Shown here: positions 61,836-64,000 of the stretch, in pieces
How the letters are laid out: every line of letters starts with the position of its first letter
How positions within the stretch are numbered: the stretch's first letter is position 1
Made by a program: the position numbers and the translations under genes
IMG/VR virus record: IMGVR_UViG_3300034103_001746
Span: 64,001 to 128,000 of that record
Origin: a virus
Length of the DNA: 64,000 bases
Reading direction: 5' to 3' (one strand)
Notes under the pieces: model-generated
Told to the model about the DNA's origin: nothing
The model's input: the letters and a program-made list of their open reading frames with translations, nothing else
The model's database searches: none

Positions 61836-62220
61836 TTGCTGCCTCCACTAAACATAAAACTTCTTGATTATTTAAATTTTCGCCAGTATCTAATAAAGCG
61901 TTGACTAATGCTAAACTATATTTTTCGTATTGTTCTTTATCTAGTTCTCTTCGTAATATTTTTTTAATTCTCATTTTGGTAAACCAACCACGACGAATAC
62001 TATACTCTTTAATTTCTTGTCCATATAACTCATATTTATCAGAAGACGAACAATTTGCGGATAATTTATTTTTGTTGCATTCCTGTAATACTCTAACTAA
62101 AGTAAGAATTATACTAATAATCATAAGTATAGCTACTACACTGCCAAATTTTTCTTCTTGTGGAACTTTGGCTTTTTGTAATACTTTAGAGGCGATCTCT
62201 TTTAATTTATTATCATTCAT
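61828..62220 (-). CDS. Single-TM hypothetical protein
   Basis: VVAILMIISIILTLVRVL hydrophobic helix. Confidence 0.7.
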   Translation of the reverse strand: MNDNKLKEIASKVLQKAKVPQEEKFGSVVAILMIISIILTLVRVLQECNKNKLSANCSSSDKYELYGQEIKEYSIRRGWFTKMRIKKILRRELDKEQYEKYSLALVNALLDTGENLNNQEVLCLVEAANV

Positions 62221-62582
62221 GGTTGTATCCTACAATTAGGTCCGGTGCATTGTGGTTGAGGATTACGAATTATAATAGGCGGATGTTGGATAATGGTTTT
62301 TTGTGGAGTGCTAGGTTGTACTTTTGGTGTGGTAGGCATCTCTTTTTTTTCTGGTTCACAATATCCACAATCCACCATTTTTATACCATCTCCGCTCAAA
62401 TATCTACCTGTGCCTTTACATACGGGACAATTTTTGCGTTCATATTTTTTATCTGGCATTTCAATATGTGTAGATTTTATAATGCCACCAGCTAATATTA
62501 CTGCTGAGGTTGTTGACCCTTTATATGGAGATGATCCAAATAATATAGTTGCTATTAATAATAAACATATTGTGTTATTCAT
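62217..62582 (-). CDS. Signal-peptide protein with DnaJ-like Zn knuckle
   Basis: Hydrophobic N-terminus, CPVCKGTG...CGYC, Pro-rich linker, CTGPNC tail. Confidence 0.7.
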   Translation of the reverse strand: MNNTICLLLIATILFGSSPYKGSTTSAVILAGGIIKSTHIEMPDKKYERKNCPVCKGTGRYLSGDGIKMVDCGYCEPEKKEMPTTPKVQPSTPQKTIIQHPPIIIRNPQPQCTGPNCRIQP

Positions 62583-62743
62583 TTTCTAATCCTTGGAAAA
62601 ATTCTTTTTCTTTTAGGTTTAGGATTATCAGTCTCATCATTAGCTTCTGTTTTTTCAGGCACGAATAACTTAATTAGTACTAATATAAAATTTAACAACA
62701 TACTGATGAGTCGTTGTAAAGCAATTCTATCTATTATTCTCAT
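62579..62743 (-). CDS. 54-aa single-TM protein missed by the ORF track (holin-like shape)
   Basis: Translated by hand: MRIIDRIALQRLISMLLNFILVLIKLFVPEKTEANDETDNPKPKRKRIFPRIRK; ATGA overlap with the next gene. Confidence 0.75.
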   Translation of the reverse strand: MRIIDRIALQRLISMLLNFILVLIKLFVPEKTEANDETDNPKPKRKRIFPRIRK

Positions 62744-62751
62744 AATACACC

Positions 62752-63675
62752 TTATAGGTAATCAAAACCATAGTCTGGTAATTTTTGTACAGGAAATCCG
62801 TTAAAATTGCTAAATGCGTAGGTGGCATTTTGTTTAATCATTCCCTCTGCCACATCGCTATGAATAAGAAATGACCCATCTGGGATCGGACCCCAATCTG
62901 GATGTCCACCATCATTCCATTTTCCCCAACTATTTTGTACTAAAAATGCTGTGTCCCCATTAGTATCATCACAAGCTATCCAAGCCATACAATGAGCCCA
63001 ACTACCACTGGTTCTTGAAAATCCTTTGCTATCTCTTTTATTACTAAAACCATAATTAGAACATACAGCTAATCCATATCCATTAGCTAGAGCGTCTCGT
63101 GCTTCTTCAACGCTTGTAATTAAAGATACTGTTTTAATTTGATGATCATTAGCTAAATCTAATACTTTGTCTGGAACGCCACGACCTCCCCAACCAGCGC
63201 CAAGCATCCCGTCGTATTTAGTAAGATCAACAACTCCTTTATAATTTTTACGAACAAGAATACCTCCAATTTTATTTACAAATTCAGCAGCTTTGCTGCC
63301 TGTCATACCTTGACCACTCCAACCACGAGCACCATAAATAGCTTCTGTAGCTCCTCTGGCTACCCAGCTCTCCTTTTCTCTTAATATATCTATCTCTACT
63401 GCTCTACTAATATCACATGCGTTTCTTGTTCCATGACTTACGCAATCACCAGTAACTTGTCTCTCTTCATAAGGCTTCTTATCAAATTTTAATACGCTTT
63501 TGTATGGTGTTGATAGTTTGCCTTTGCCACTATTTGTAATTTTAGAGCTAGCATCACCAAAGTATGGATATTTCAAGGTTGTCATTAAATGATCAAATTC
63601 TAATTGATTCCAAATGGCTCCCTGAAAGCCCTGTCTATAATTATCATAAAGATCTACTGGAGATAAACGAGGCAT
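62752..63675 (-). CDS. Papain-like (C1 family) cysteine peptidase
   Basis: QVTGDCVSH (Gln, Cys), WAHCM (His), VQNSWG (Asn). Confidence 0.82.
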   Translation of the reverse strand: MPRLSPVDLYDNYRQGFQGAIWNQLEFDHLMTTLKYPYFGDASSKITNSGKGKLSTPYKSVLKFDKKPYEERQVTGDCVSHGTRNACDISRAVEIDILREKESWVARGATEAIYGARGWSGQGMTGSKAAEFVNKIGGILVRKNYKGVVDLTKYDGMLGAGWGGRGVPDKVLDLANDHQIKTVSLITSVEEARDALANGYGLAVCSNYGFSNKRDSKGFSRTSGSWAHCMAWIACDDTNGDTAFLVQNSWGKWNDGGHPDWGPIPDGSFLIHSDVAEGMIKQNATYAFSNFNGFPVQKLPDYGFDYL

Positions 63676-63999
63676 TTATTTTGCTCCTTGTTGACAGGCC
63701 CATGCTAATGCTTTAAAACCCTCTACTGCTTGAGATCGAGATTCTGAGTTTAAAGCAACACTATCGTCACCAATAGCCTCAACCATAACAGCGTAGCAAG
63801 CTTCTGCTAATTTAGAATATTTATTTTTCATATCTAATTTTAGCATGGTTCCTGCTAATCTATTGGCTTGTCTAATTTCTTCTGTATTTTTCAGAACTTC
63901 GTCATCTCCATCTAGAGATACAAGAGTTGCTAAATCTACATATAAACTAGATAATCTTTTACCATCAAATTTACGATCAGAATCGCCCTCTTTTAAAAT
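63676..63999 (-). CDS. Hypothetical protein, C-terminal part (runs off the window)
   Basis: Open frame ending ...AVEGFKALAWACQQGAK-stop, directly abutting the peptidase ATG. Confidence 0.7.
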   Translation of the reverse strand: MLKEGDSDRKFDGKRLSSLYVDLATLVSLDGDDEVLKNTEEIRQANRLAGTMLKLDMKNKYSKLAEACYAVMVEAIGDDSVALNSESRSQAVEGFKALAWACQQGAK

Positions 64000-64000
64000 T

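Larger units (their letters stand above)
1..64000. mobile_element. Segment of a large tailed phage genome (tail module converging on replication, nucleotide and glycosylation modules)
   Basis: Very large tail-type ORFs, a phage-style replication set, PhoH, NrdJ and HNH; overlapping starts/stops throughout; no ribosomal or housekeeping operons. Confidence 0.93.

Noticed and set aside
32482-62589. Short plus-strand and nested ORFs in the minus-strand block (e.g. 34703..35122, 59655..60002, 61901..62239)
   Set aside because: They overlap well-supported genes and have no independent signals
1-64000. Stop-codon reassignment
   Set aside because: Genes are full length in the standard code, and TAA, TAG and TGA all terminate well-supported genes
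1-64000. tRNA or structured ncRNA genes
   Set aside because: Intergenic gaps are about 65 bp or shorter; the one larger apparent gap (62583-62751) holds a 54-aa ORF

Overview
AT-rich, densely coded 64-kb segment of a large tailed dsDNA phage (probably a jumbo phage) in the standard genetic code. Protein assignments rest on motifs recognised by eye, not on database searches. Several protein styles suggest a Planctomycetota host (inference). The + strand (1-25.9 kb) is a virion tail module: a 5'-truncated tape-measure-like protein with three copies of a GTDTVPAMLTPGEFV domain, a YadA-like fibre, hub/tail proteins and a 2654-aa Cys-rich protein. The - strand (25.9-64 kb), in transcription order, holds: a papain-like protease/membrane-protein operon with a Cys-less paralogue and a beta-solenoid protein; dCMP deaminase; a five-gene methylated deoxysugar island; class II RNR, PhoH and HNH; RecA, DnaB, primase, dNMP kinase and a Cas4/AddB-like nuclease; a DnaE polymerase split into two genes without an intein, with a DEDDh exonuclease gene between the halves; SSB; and a seven-gene glycosyltransferase-like operon. 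Best leads: (1) the intein-free two-piece DnaE; (2) phage glycosylation machinery and its unknown target (DNA, or Ser-Gly-rich virion proteins); (3) the protease/pseudoprotease/membrane operon as a possible non-canonical lysis or envelope system. No tRNA, rRNA, CRISPR array, intein or reverse transcriptase was seen.
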